From NCBI GenBank assembly GCA_964016885.1, contig OZ024753.1, forward strand, positions 26,536,001-26,600,000: a stretch of 64,000 bases of DNA. The letters are read 5' to 3'. The DNA is from Eledone cirrhosa. Its lineage: Eukaryota. This document shows, piece after piece, positions 12,670 to 25,029 of the stretch. Below the pieces are notes generated by a model. That model did no database searches and had not been told where the DNA came from. It saw nothing but the letters and a program-made list of their open reading frames with translations. The stretch's first letter is position 1. Every line of letters starts with the position of its first letter. Both the position numbers and the translations under genes were made by a program.

Positions 12670-15600
12670 ATGTTAGGAGGTTGCCATTACCTATGTTGGG
12701 AGAGTGCCCTTACCTATGTTGGGAGAGTGCCTCTACCTATGTCGGAAGGGTGCCAATACCTATGTTAGGAGGGTGCCATTACCTATATTGGGTGGGTGCC
12801 GTTAACTATGGTGGGAGGGTGCCGTTACCTATATTGGGAGAGTGCCGTTATCTATGTTGGGAGAGTGCCGTTACCTATGATAGGAGGGTGCCTTACCTAT
12901 GTTGGGAGAGTGCCATTACCTATGTTAGGAGGGTGCCGTTGCTTATGTTGGGATGGTGCCGTTACCTATGTTGGGATGGTGACATTACCTATGATGGGAG
13001 TGTGCCGTTACCTATCTTGGGAGAGTGCCATTACCTATGTTGGGAGAGTGCCATTACCTACGTTAGGAGGGTGCCATTACCTATATTGGGTGGGTGCCGT
13101 TAACTATAGTGGGAGTGTGCCGTTACCTATCTTGGGAGAGTGCCATTACCTAGGTTGGGAGAGTGCCATTACCTATGTTAGGAGGGTACCGTTACCTATG
13201 TTGGGAGAGTGCCGTTACTTATGTTGGGAGAGTGCCATTTCCTATGTTAGCAGGATGCCGTTACCTATGTTCGGAGAGTGCCATTACCTATGTTAGGAGG
13301 GTGCCGTTACCTATGTTAGGAGAATGCCTTTACCTATGTTGGAAGGGTGCCGTTACCTATCATAGGACGGTGCGTTACCTATGTTGGGAGGATGCCGTTA
13401 GCTATATTAGAGGGTGCCGTTGACTATGTTGGGATGGTGCCGTTACCTATGTTGGGAGAGTTCCATTACCTATGTTGGGAGGGTGCCGCTACCTATGTTG
13501 GGAGAGTGCCGTTACCTATGATAGGACGGTGCGTTACCTATGTTGGTAGGATGCCGTTACCTATATTAGAGGGTGCCGTTACCTATGTTGGGAGGGTACC
13601 GTTACCTATGTTACGTCGGTGCCATTACCTATGTTAGGATGGTGCCATTAACTATGTTGGAAGGGTGCCGTTACCTATGTTAGGAGGGTGCCGTTGCCTA
13701 TGTTGGGATGGTGCCGTTACCTCTGTTGGGATGGTGACATCACCTATGTTGGGAGTGTGCCGTTACCTATGTTGGGAGAGTGCCATTAGCTACGTTGGGA
13801 GAGTGCCATTACCTATGTTGGGAGGGTGCGTTATCTATGTTGGCAGAGTGTCATTACCTATCTATGTAGGGTGCCGTTACCTATGTTAGGAGGGTGCCAT
13901 TAAATATGTTGGGAGGGTGTCGTTACCTATGTTAGAAGAGTGCCGTTACCTATGTTGGGAGCGTGCCGTTACCTATGTTGGGAGATTGCCGTTACCTATG
14001 TTGGGAGAGTGCACTTACTGATGTTGGAAGGTGCCGTTACCCATGTTAGGAGGGTGCCGTTACCTATGTTGGGAGAGTGCCATTACCTATGTTGGGAGGG
14101 TGGCGTTCCCTATGTTGGGAGAGTGCCATTACCTATGTTGGGAGAGTGCCATTACCTATGTTAGGAGGCTGCCGTTACCTATCTTAGGAGGGTGCCGTTA
14201 CCTATGTTTGGAGAGTACCGTTACCTATGTTGGGAGGGTGCCGTTACCTATGTTGGGAGAGTGCCATTACCTATGTTGGGAGGGTGCCGCTACCTATGTT
14301 GGGAGAGTGCCATTACCTATGTTATGACGGTGCCGTTACCTATGTTAGGAGGTTGCCATTACCTATGTTGGGAGAGTGCCCTTACCTATGTTGGGAGAGT
14401 GCCTCTACCTATGTCGGAAGGGTGCCAATACCTATGTTAGGAGGGTGCCATTACCTATATTGGGTGGGTGCCGTTAACTATGGTGGGAGGGTGCCGTTAC
14501 CTATATTGGGAGAGTGCCGTTATCTATGTTGGGAGAGTGCCATTACCTATGTTAGGAGGGTGCCGTTGCTTATGTTGGGATGGTGCCGTTACCTATGTTG
14601 GGATGGTGACATTACCTATGATGGGAGTGTGCCGTTACCTATCTTGGGAGAGTGCCATTACCTATGTTGGGAGAGTGCCATTACCTACGTTAGGAGGGTG
14701 CCATTACCTATATTGGGTGGGTGCCGTTAACTATAGTGGGAGTGTGCCGTTACCTATCTTGGGAGAGTGCCATTACCTAGGTTGGGAGAGTGCCATTACC
14801 TATGTTAGGAGGGTACCGTTACCTATGTTGGGAGAGTGCCGTTACTTATGTTGGGAGAGTGCCATTTCCTATGTTAGCAGGATGCCGTTACCTATGTTCG
14901 GAGAGTGCCATTACCTATGTTAGGAGGGTGCCGTTACCTATGTTAGGAGAATGCCTTTACCTATGTTGGAAGGGTGCCGTTACCTATCATAGGACGGTGC
15001 GTTACCTATGTTGGGAGGATGCCGTTAGCTATATTAGAGGGTGCCGTTGACTATGTTGGGATGGTGCCGTTACCTATGTTGGGAGAGTTCCATTACCTAT
15101 GTTGGGAGGGTGCCGCTACCTATGTTGGGAGAGTGCCGTTACCTATGATAGGACGGTGCGTTACCTATGTTGGTAGGATGCCGTTACCTATATTAGAGGG
15201 TGCCGTTACCTATGTTGGGAGGGTACCGTTACCTATGTTACGTCGGTGCCATTACCTATGTTAGGATGGTGCCATTAACTATGTTGGAAGGGTGCCGTTA
15301 CCTATGTTAGGAGGGTGCCGTTGCCTATGTTGGGATGGTGCCGTTACCTCTGTTGGGATGGTGACATCACCTATGTTGGGAGTGTGCCGTTACCTATGTT
15401 GGGAGAGTGCCATTAGCTACGTTGGGAGAGTGCCATTACCTATGTTGGGAGGGTGCGTTATCTATGTTGGCAGAGTGTCATTACCTATCTATGTAGGGTG
15501 CCGTTACCTATGTTAGGAGGGTGCCATTAAATATGTTGGGAGGGTGTCGTTACCTATGTTAGAAGAGTGCCGTTACCTATGTTGGGAGCGTGCCGTTACC

Positions 15601-15968
15601 TATGTTGGGAGATTGCCGTTACCTATGTTGGGAGAGTGCACTTACTGATGTTGGAAGGTGCCGTTACCCATGTTAGGAGGGTGCCGTTACCTATGTTGGG
15701 AGAGTGCCATTACCTATGTTGGGAGGGTGGCGTTCCCTATGTTGGGAGAGTGCCATTACCTATGTTGGGAGAGTGCCATTACCTATGTTAGGAGGCTGCC
15801 GTTACCTATCTTAGGAGGGTGCCGTTACCTATGTTTGGAGAGTACCGTTACCTATGTTGGGAGGGTGCCGTTACCTATGTTGGGAGAGTGCCATTACCTA
15901 TGTTGGGAGGGTGCCGCTACCTATGTTGGGAGAGTGCCATTACCTATGTTATGACGGTGCCATTACCT
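12670..15968 (+). repeat. Near-identical tandem duplication (~1672 bp + ~1627 bp) in the 23-bp satellite
   Basis: Identical ORF translations at constant offset 1627: 13163/14790, 13347/14974, 13665/15292, 13940/15567, 14031/15658. The offset is 1672 at the start (12681/14353; ORFs 12796/14468). Confidence 0.92.
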
Positions 15969-17749
15969 ATGTTAGGAGGGTGCCTTTACCTATGTTTGAA
16001 TGGTGCCGTTACCTATGTTAGGAGGGTGTGTTACCTATGTTGGGAGGATGACCTTACCTATGTTGGAAGGGTGCCAATACCTATGTTAGGAGGGTGCCAT
16101 TACCTATGTTGGGAGAGTGCCATTACCTACGTTAGGAGGGTGCCATTACCTATATTGGGTGGGTGCCGTTAACTATGGTGGGAGGGTGACGTTACCTATG
16201 TTGGGAGAGTGCCGTTACCTATGTTGGGAGGGTGCCGTTACCCATGATAGGAGGGTGCCTTACCTATTTTGGGAGAGTGCCATTACCTATGTTAGGAGGG
16301 TGCCATTACCTATGTTAGGAGGGTGCCGTTGCCTATGTTGGGATGGTGCCGTTACCTATGTTGGGATGGTGACATTACCTATGATGGGAGTGTGCCGTTT
16401 CTTATGTTGGGAGAGTGCCATTACCTATGTTGGGAGGGTGCCGTTACCTATGTTGGAAGGGTCCCATTACCTATGTTGGAACGGTGCCCTTACCTACATT
16501 AGGAGGGTGCCATTACCCATATTGTGAGAGTGCCATGACCTATGTCAGGAGGGTGCCGTTACCTATGTTGGGAGAGTACCGTTACCTATGTTGGGATGGT
16601 GCCATTACCTATGTTGGAAGGGTGCCGTTACCTATGTTAGGAGGGTGCCGTTTCCTATGTTGGGATGGTGCCATTACCTATGTTAGGAGAGTATCGTTAC
16701 CTATGTTAGGAGGGTACCAGTACCTATGTTGGAAGAGTGCCGTTACCTATATTGGAAGAGTGCCTTTACCTATGTTGGGAGATTGCCGTTACCTATGTTA
16801 GGAGAGTGCCATTACTTATGTTAGGAGGGTGCCGATACCTATGTTGGGAGGCTGCTGTTACCTATGTTGGGAGAGTGCCATTACCTATGTTGGGAGGGTG
16901 GCATTACGTGTGTTAGGCGGGTGCCGTAACGTATGTTGGGAGGGTGCCATTAACTATGTTCGGATAGTAACATTACCAATGTTAGGAGGGTGCCGTTACC
17001 TATGTCGGGAGGGTGCCATTACCTATGTTAGGAGGGTGCCGTTACCTATGTTAGGAGCGTGCCGTTACCTATGTAGGGAGAGTGCCAGTACCTATGTTGG
17101 GACGGTTCCGTTACCTATGTTGGGAGAGTGCCGTTACCTATGTTGGTAGGGTGCTATTACCTATGTTGGGAGAGTGCCGTTACCTATGTTGGGAGGGTGC
17201 CATTACCTATGTTGTAAAGGTGCCGTTACCTATGTTTGGAGAGTTCCATTACCTAAGTTGTGAGGGTGCCATTACCCATGTTGGAAGGGTTCCATTACCT
17301 ACGTTAGGAAGGTGGAATTACCTATGTTGGGAGGGTGAATTACCTATGTTGCAAGGGTGCAATTACCTATGGTAGCAGGGTGCCGTTACCTATGTTGGGA
17401 GAGTGCCATTACCTATGTTGGGAGAGTGCCATTACCTATGTTAGGAGGATGCCGTTACCTATGTTGGGAGGGTGCCGTTACCTATGTTGGGAGAGTGCCA
17501 TTACCTATGTAGAGGAGGGTGCCGTTACCTATATTAGGAGGCTGCCATTACCTATGTTGGAAGGGTGCCGTTACCTATGTTGGGAGGGTGCTGTTACCTA
17601 TGTTAGGAGAGTGTCGTTACCTATGTTGAGAGGGTGCCGTTACCTATGTTGGGAGAGTACCGTTACCTATGTTAGGAGGGTGCGGTTACCTCTGTTGTGA
17701 GACTGCCGTTACCTATGTTAGGAGGGTGCCGTTACCTATGTTGGGAGAG

Positions 17750-20700
17750 TGCTGTTACCTATGTTGGGAGAGTACCATTCCCTATGTTGGGAGGGGGCCG
17801 TTACCTATGTTGGGAGGTCGCCGTTTCCTATGTTGGGATATTGCCTTTACCTATGTTGGGAGGGTGCCGTTAACTATGTTGGGAGACTGCCATTACCTAT
17901 GTTAGGAGGGTGCCGTTACCTATGTTGGGAGAGTACCGTTACCTATGTTAGGAGGGATCGGTTACCTATGTTGGGAGACTGCCGTTACCTATGTTAGGAG
18001 GGTGCCGTTACCTATGTTGGGAGAGTGCCATTACCTATGTTGAAAGGGTGCCGTTACCTATATTAGGAGGGTGCCGTTGCCTATGTTGGGATGGTGCCGT
18101 TACCTATATTGGGAGAGTGCCATTACCTATGTTGGGAGGGTGCCGTTACCTACGTTGGGAGGGTGCCGTTACCTATGTTAGGACGGTGCCATTACCTATG
18201 GTAGGATGGTGCCATTAACTATGTTGGAAGGGTTCCTTTACCTATGTTAGTAGGGTGCCGTTGCCTATGTTGGGATGGTGCCATTACCGATGTTGGGATG
18301 GTGACATTACCTATGTTGGGAGTGTGTCGTTACCTAAGTTGGGAGAGTCCCGTTACCTATGTTGGGAGGGTGCCGTTACCTATGTTGGGAGAGTGCCATT
18401 ACCTATGTTGGGAGGGTGCGTTATCTATGTTGGGAGAGTGCCGTTAGCTGTGTTAGGAGGGTGCCGTTACCTATGTTGGGAGAGTGCCATTACCTATGTT
18501 GGGAGGGTGCCATTACCTATGTTGGGAGGGTGCCGTTACCTACGTTGGCAGAGTGCCGTTACCTATGTTGGGAGAGTGCCCTTACCTATGTTGGTAGAGT
18601 GCCATTACCTATGTTGGCAGAGTGCCGTTACCTATGTTGGGAGAGTGGCCTTACCTATGTTGGGAGAGTGCCATTATCTATGTTAGGAGGGTGTCGTTAC
18701 CTATGTTGGGAGAGTGCCATTGCCTATGTTGGGAGGGTGCCATTACCTATGTTGGGAGGGTGCCGTTACCTACGTTGGCAGAGTGGCATTACTTATGTTC
18801 GGAGAGGGCCGTTACCTATGTTAGGAGGGTGCCGTTACCTATATTGGGAGGGTGGCGTTACCTATGTTGTGAGAGTGCCATTACCTCTTTTAGGAGGGTG
18901 GCATTACCTATGTTGGGAGAGTGCCATTACCTGTGTTAGGAGGGTGCCGTTACCGATGTTGGGAGGGTGGCATTACCTATGTTAGGAGGGTGCCATTACC
19001 TATGTTGGGAGAGTGCCATTACCTATGTTAGTAGGGTGCCGTTACCTATGTTGGGAGAGTACCGTTACCTATGTTGGGAGGGTGCCGGTACCTATGTTGG
19101 GAGAGTGCCATTACCTATGTTAGGAGGGTGCGCTACCTATGTTAGGATGGTACCTTTACGTATGTTTGGAGGGTGCCGTTACCTATGTTGGGAGAGTACC
19201 GTTACCTATGTTGGGAGGGTGCCGGTACCTATGTTGGGAGAGTACTATTACCTATGTTAAAACGGTGCCATTACCTATGTTAGGTTGGTGCCATTACCTA
19301 TGTTGGGAGGGTGCCGTAACCTATGTCGGTAGGGTGCCGTTACCTATGTTAGGACGGTACCATTACCTATGTTAGGATGGTGCCGTTGCCTATGTTGGGA
19401 TGGTGCCGTTACCTATGTTGGGATGGTGCCGTTACATATGTTAGGAGGGAGCCGTTACCTATGTTTGGTGGGTTCCTTTAACTATGTTCGGAGGGTGCCA
19501 TTACCTATGTTGGGAGTGTTCCATTACCTATGCTGGGAGGGTGCCGTTACCTATGTTAGGAGAGTGCCATTACCTATGGTGGGAGGGTGCCATTGCTTAT
19601 GTTGGGAGAGTGCCATTACCTATGTTGGAAGTGTTCCATTACCTACGTTAGGAGGGTGCCATTACCTATGTTGGGAGGGTGCCGTTACCTATGGTGGGAG
19701 GGTGCCGTTACCTATGTTGGGAGAGTGCCGTTACCTATGTTGGGAGAGTGCCATTACCTATGTTAGAAGGGTGCCATTACCTATGTTAGCAGGGTGTCAT
19801 TACCTATGTTGGAAGGCTGCCCTTACCTATGGTAGCAGGGTGCGTTACCTATGTTGGGAGAGTGCCATTACCTATGTTAGGAGAGTGCCATTACCTATGT
19901 TAGGAAGGTGCCGTTACCTATGTTAGGAGGGTGCCTTTACCTATGTTGGGAGGGTGCTGTTACCTATGTTGGGAGAGTACCGTTACCTATGTTAGGAGGG
20001 TGCCTTTACCTATGTTGGGAGGGTGCCGTTAACTATGTTGGGAGAGTGCCATTACCTATGTTAGGAGGGATCAGTTACCTATGTTGGGAGACTGCCGTTA
20101 CCTATGTTAGGAGGGTGCCGTTACCTATGTTGGGAGAGTGCCATTACCTATGTTGAAAAGGTACCGTTACCTATATTAGGAAGCTGCCGTTGCCTATGTT
20201 GGGATGGTGCCGTTACCTATGTTAGAAGGGTGCCATTACCTATGTTAGGAGGGTGACATTACCTATGTTGGAAGGCTGCCCTTACCTATGGTAGCAGGGT
20301 GCGTTACCTATGTTGGGAGAGTGCCATTACCTATGTTGGGAGAGTGCCATTACCTATGTTAGGAAGGTGCCGTTACCTATGTTAGGACGGTGCCATTACC
20401 TATGGTAGGATGGTGCCATTAACTATGTTGGAAGGGTGCCGTTACCTATGTTAGGAGGGTGCCGTTGCCTATGTTGGGATGGTGACGTTACCTATCTTGG
20501 GATGGTGATATTACCTATGTTGGGAGTGTGTCGTCACCTAAGTTGGGAGAGTGCCATTACCTATGTTGAGAGGGTGTCGTTACCTATGTTGGGAGAGTGC
20601 CATTACCTATATTGGGAGGTTGCGTTATCTATGTTGGCAGAGTGTCATTACCTATGTTAGCAGGGTGCCGTTACCTATGTTAGGAGGGTGCCGTTACCTA

Positions 20701-22450
20701 TGTTGGAAGGGTGGCATTACCTATGTTAGGACAATGCCATTACCTATGTTGGGAGAGTGCCGTTAGCTATGTTAGGAGGGTGTCGTTACCTATGTTAGGA
20801 GGGTGGGTTACCTATGTTGGGAGAGTGCCATTACCTATGTTATCAGGGTGTCATTACCTATGTTAGGAGAGTGCCGTTACATATGTTGAGAGGGTGCCGT
20901 TACCTATGTTGGGAGAGTACCGTTACGTATGTTATGAGGGTGCGGTTACCTATGTTGGGAGACTGCCGTTACCTATGTTAGGAGGGTGCCGTTACCTATG
21001 TTGTGAGAGTGCCATTACCTATGTTAAAACGGTGCCATTACCTATGTTAGGCTGGTGCCATTACTTATGTTGGAAGAGTGCTGTTACCTATGTTAGGAGC
21101 GTGCCGTTGCCTATGTTGGGATGGTACCGTTACCTATGTTAGTACGGTGCCATTACCTATGTTAGGATGGTGCCATTACGTATGTTGGAAGGGTGCCGTT
21201 ACCTATGGTGGGAGGGTGTCATTGCTTATGTTGGGAGAGTGCCATTACCTATGTTGGAAGGGTTCCATTACCTACGTTAGGAGGGTGCCATTACCTATGT
21301 TGGGAGGGTGCCGTTACCTATGGTGGGAGGGTGCCGTAACCTATGTTGGGAGAGTGCCGTTACCTATGTTGGGAGAGTGCTGTTACCTATGATAAGAGGG
21401 TGCCGTTACCTATGTTAGGAGGGTGCCTTTACCTATGTTGGGAGGGTGCTGTTACCTATGTTGGGAGAGTACCATTCCCTATGTTGGGAGGGGGCCGTTA
21501 CCTATGTTGGGAGGTTGCCGTTTCCTATGTTGGGATATTGCCGTTACCTAAGTTGGGAGAGTGCCATCACTTATGTTGGGTGGGTGCCGTTACCTATGTT
21601 AGAAGGGTGCTGTTACCTATTTTGGGAGAGTACCGTAACCTATGTTAGGAGGGTGCCTTTACCTATGTTGGGAGGGTGCCGTTAACTATGTTGGGAGACT
21701 GCCATTACCTGTAAGGAGGGTGCCGTTACCTATGTTGGGAGAGTACCGTTACCTATGTTAGGAGGGATCGGTTACCTATGTTGGGAGACTGCCGTTACCT
21801 ATGTTAGGAGGGTGCCGTTACCTATGTTGGGAGAGTGCCATTACCTATGTTGAAAGGGTGCCGTTACCTATATTAGGAGGGTGCCGTTGCCTATGTTGGG
21901 ATGGTGCCGTTACCTATATTGGGAGAGTGCCATTACCTATGGTGGGAGGGTGCCGTTACCTATGTTGGGAGGGTGCCGTTACCTATGTTAGGACGGTGCC
22001 ATTACCAATGGTAGGATGGTGCCATTAACTATGTTGGAAGGGTTCCTTTACCTATGTTAGTAGGGTGCCGTTGCCTATGTTGGGATGGTGCCATTACCGA
22101 TGTTGGGATGGTGACATTACCTATGTTGGGAGTGTGTCGTTACCTAAGTTGGGAGAGTCCCGTTACCTATGTTGGGAGGGTGCCGTTACCTATGTTGGGA
22201 GAGTGCCATTACCTATGTTGGGAGGGTGCGTTATCTATGTTGGGAGAGTGCCGTTAGCTATGTTAGGAGGGTGCCGTTACCTATGTTGGGAGAGTGCCAT
22301 TACCTATGTTGGGAGGGTGCCATTACCTATGTTGGGAGGGTGCCGTTACCTACGTTGGCAGAGTGCCGTTACCTATGTTGGGAGAGTGGCCTTACCTATG
22401 TTGGGAGAGTGCCATTACCTATGTTGGGAGGGTGCCGTTACCTATGTTGG
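17750..22450 (+). repeat. Repeated satellite block ~17750-18560 / ~21430-22370 (offset 3810 in its distal part), with a third relative near 10400-11200
   Basis: ORF pairs 17991/21801, 18244/22054, 18255/22065 and 18359/22169 are all offset by 3810. ORF 10740 has a near-identical translation. Shared gagggatcggttacc marker. Confidence 0.8.
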
Positions 22451-25029
22451 GAGAGTGCCATTATCTATGTTAGGAGGGTGTCGTTACCTATGTTGGGAGA
22501 GTGCCATTGCCTATGTTGGGAGGGTGCCATTACCTATGTTGGAAGGGTGCCGTTACCTATGTTAGGAGGGTGCCGTTACCTATGTTAGGAGAGTATCGTT
22601 ACCTATGTTAGGAGGGTACCAGTACCTATGTTGGAAGGGTGCCGTTACCTATATTGGAAGAGTGTCTTTACCTATGTTGGGGGGTGCTGTTACCTATGTT
22701 GGTAGGGTGCCACTACATATGTTGGGAGATTGTCGTTACCTATGTTAGGAGAGTGCCATTACTTATGTTAGGAGGGTGCCGATACCTATGTTGGGAGGCT
22801 GCTGTTACCTATGTTGGGAGAGTGCCATTACCTATGTTGGGAGGGTGGCATTACGTATGTTAGGCGGGTGCCGTTACGTATGTTGGGAGGGTGCCATTAA
22901 CTATGTTCGGATAGTGCCATTACCAATGTTAGGAGGGTGCCGTTACCTATGTTGGGAGGGTGCCATTACCTATGTTGGGAGGGTGCCGTTACCTACGTTG
23001 GCAGAGTGCCATTACTTATGTTCGGAGAGGGCATTACCTATGTTAGGAGGGTGCCGTTACCTATATTGGGAGGGTGGCGTTACCTATGTTGTGAGAGTGC
23101 CATTACCTCTTTTAGGAGGGTGGCATTACCTATGTTGGGAGAGTGCCATTACCTATGTTAGGAGGGTGCCGTTACCGATGTTGGGAGGGTGGCATTACCT
23201 ATGTTAGGAGGGTGCCATTACCTATGTTGGGAGAGTGCCATTACCTATGTTAGTATGGTGCCGTTACCTATGTTGGGAGAGTACCGTTACCTATGTTGGG
23301 AGTGTGCCGGTACCTATGTTGGGAGAGTGCCATTACCTATGTTAGGAGGGTGCCGTTACCTATGTTGGGAGAGTGCAATTAACTATGTTAGGAGGGTGCG
23401 TTACCTATGTTAGGATGGTGCCTTTACGTATGTTGGGAGGGTGCCGTTACCTATGTTGGGAGAGTATGTTACCTATGTTGGGAGGGTGCCGGTACCTATG
23501 TTGGGAGAGTGCCATTACCTATGTTAGGAGGGTGCCGTTACCTATGTTGGGAGAGTGCAATTAACTGTTAGGAGGGTGCCGTTAGCAATGTTAGGAGGTT
23601 ACCATTACCTATGTTGGGAGGGTGCCATTACCTATGTTGGGAGAGTGCCGTTACCTATGTTGGGAGAGTACCCTGAACGATGTTGGGAGAGTTCCATTAC
23701 CTATGTTAGGAGGGTGCCATTACCTATGTTAGCAGACTGTCATTACCTATGTTCGAAGGGTGCCAATACCTATGTTAGGAGGGTGCGATTACCTACGTTC
23801 AAAGGGTGCCATTACTTATGTTCGGAGGGTGCCGTTACCTATGTTAGGAGGGTGCCGTTACCTATGTTGGGAGAGTTCCATTACCTATGTGCGGAGGGTG
23901 CCGTTAATTATGTTAGGAGGGTGCCTTTACCTATGTTGGAAGGGTGCCGTTACCTATGATAGGAGGGTGCGTTACCTATGTTGGGAGGATACCGTTACCT
24001 ATATTAGGAGGGTACCGTTGCCTATGTTGGGATGGTGCCTTTAACTATGTTGGGAGAGTGACATTACCTATGTTGGGAGGGTGCCGTTACCTATGTTGGG
24101 AGGGTGCCAGTACCTATGTTAGGATGGTGCCATTGACTATGTTGGAAGGGTGCCGTTACCTATTTCGGGAGAGTGCCATTATCTATGTTAGGAGGGTGCC
24201 GTTACTTATGTTAGGAGAGTGCCTTTACCTATGTTGGAAGGGTACCGTTACCTATGTTGGGAGGGTGCTGTTACCTATGTTGGGAGAGTGCCATGACCTA
24301 TGTCAGGAGGGTGCCGTTACCTATGTTGGGAAAGTACCGTTACCTATGGGAGGGTGCCATTACCTATGTTGGTAGGGTGCCGTTACCTATGTTAGGACGG
24401 TGCCATTACCTATGTTAGGATGGTGCCATTAACTATGTTGGAAGGGTGCCGTTACCTATGTTAGGAGGGTGCCATTACCTATGTTGGGAGAGTGCCATTA
24501 CCTATGTTAGGAAGGTGCCGTTACCTATGGTGGGAGGGTGCCGTTGCCTATGTTGGGATAGTGTCGTTACCTATGTTGGGAGGGTGGCGTTACCTAGGTT
24601 GGGAGAGTGCCATTACCTATGTTAGGAGGGTACCGCTACCTATGTTGGGAGAGTGACGTTACCTATGTTGGGAGAGTGCCATTTCCTATGTTAGCAGGGT
24701 GACGTTACCTATGTTGGGAGAGTGCCATTACCTATGTTAGGAGGTTGCCGTTACCTATGTTAGGAGAATGCCTTTACCTATGTTGGAAGGGTGCCGTTAC
24801 CTATGATAGGACGGTGCGTTACCTATGTTGGGAGGATGCCGTTACCTATATTAGGAGGGTGCCATTAACTATGTTGGAAGGGTGCCGTTACCTATGTTAG
24901 GAGGGTGCCGTTGCCTATGTTGGCATGGTGCCGTTACCTCTGTTGGGATGGTGACATTACCTATGTTGGGAGTGTGCCGTTACCTATGTTGGGAGAGTGC
25001 AATTACCTATGTTGGGAGGGTGCCGTTAC

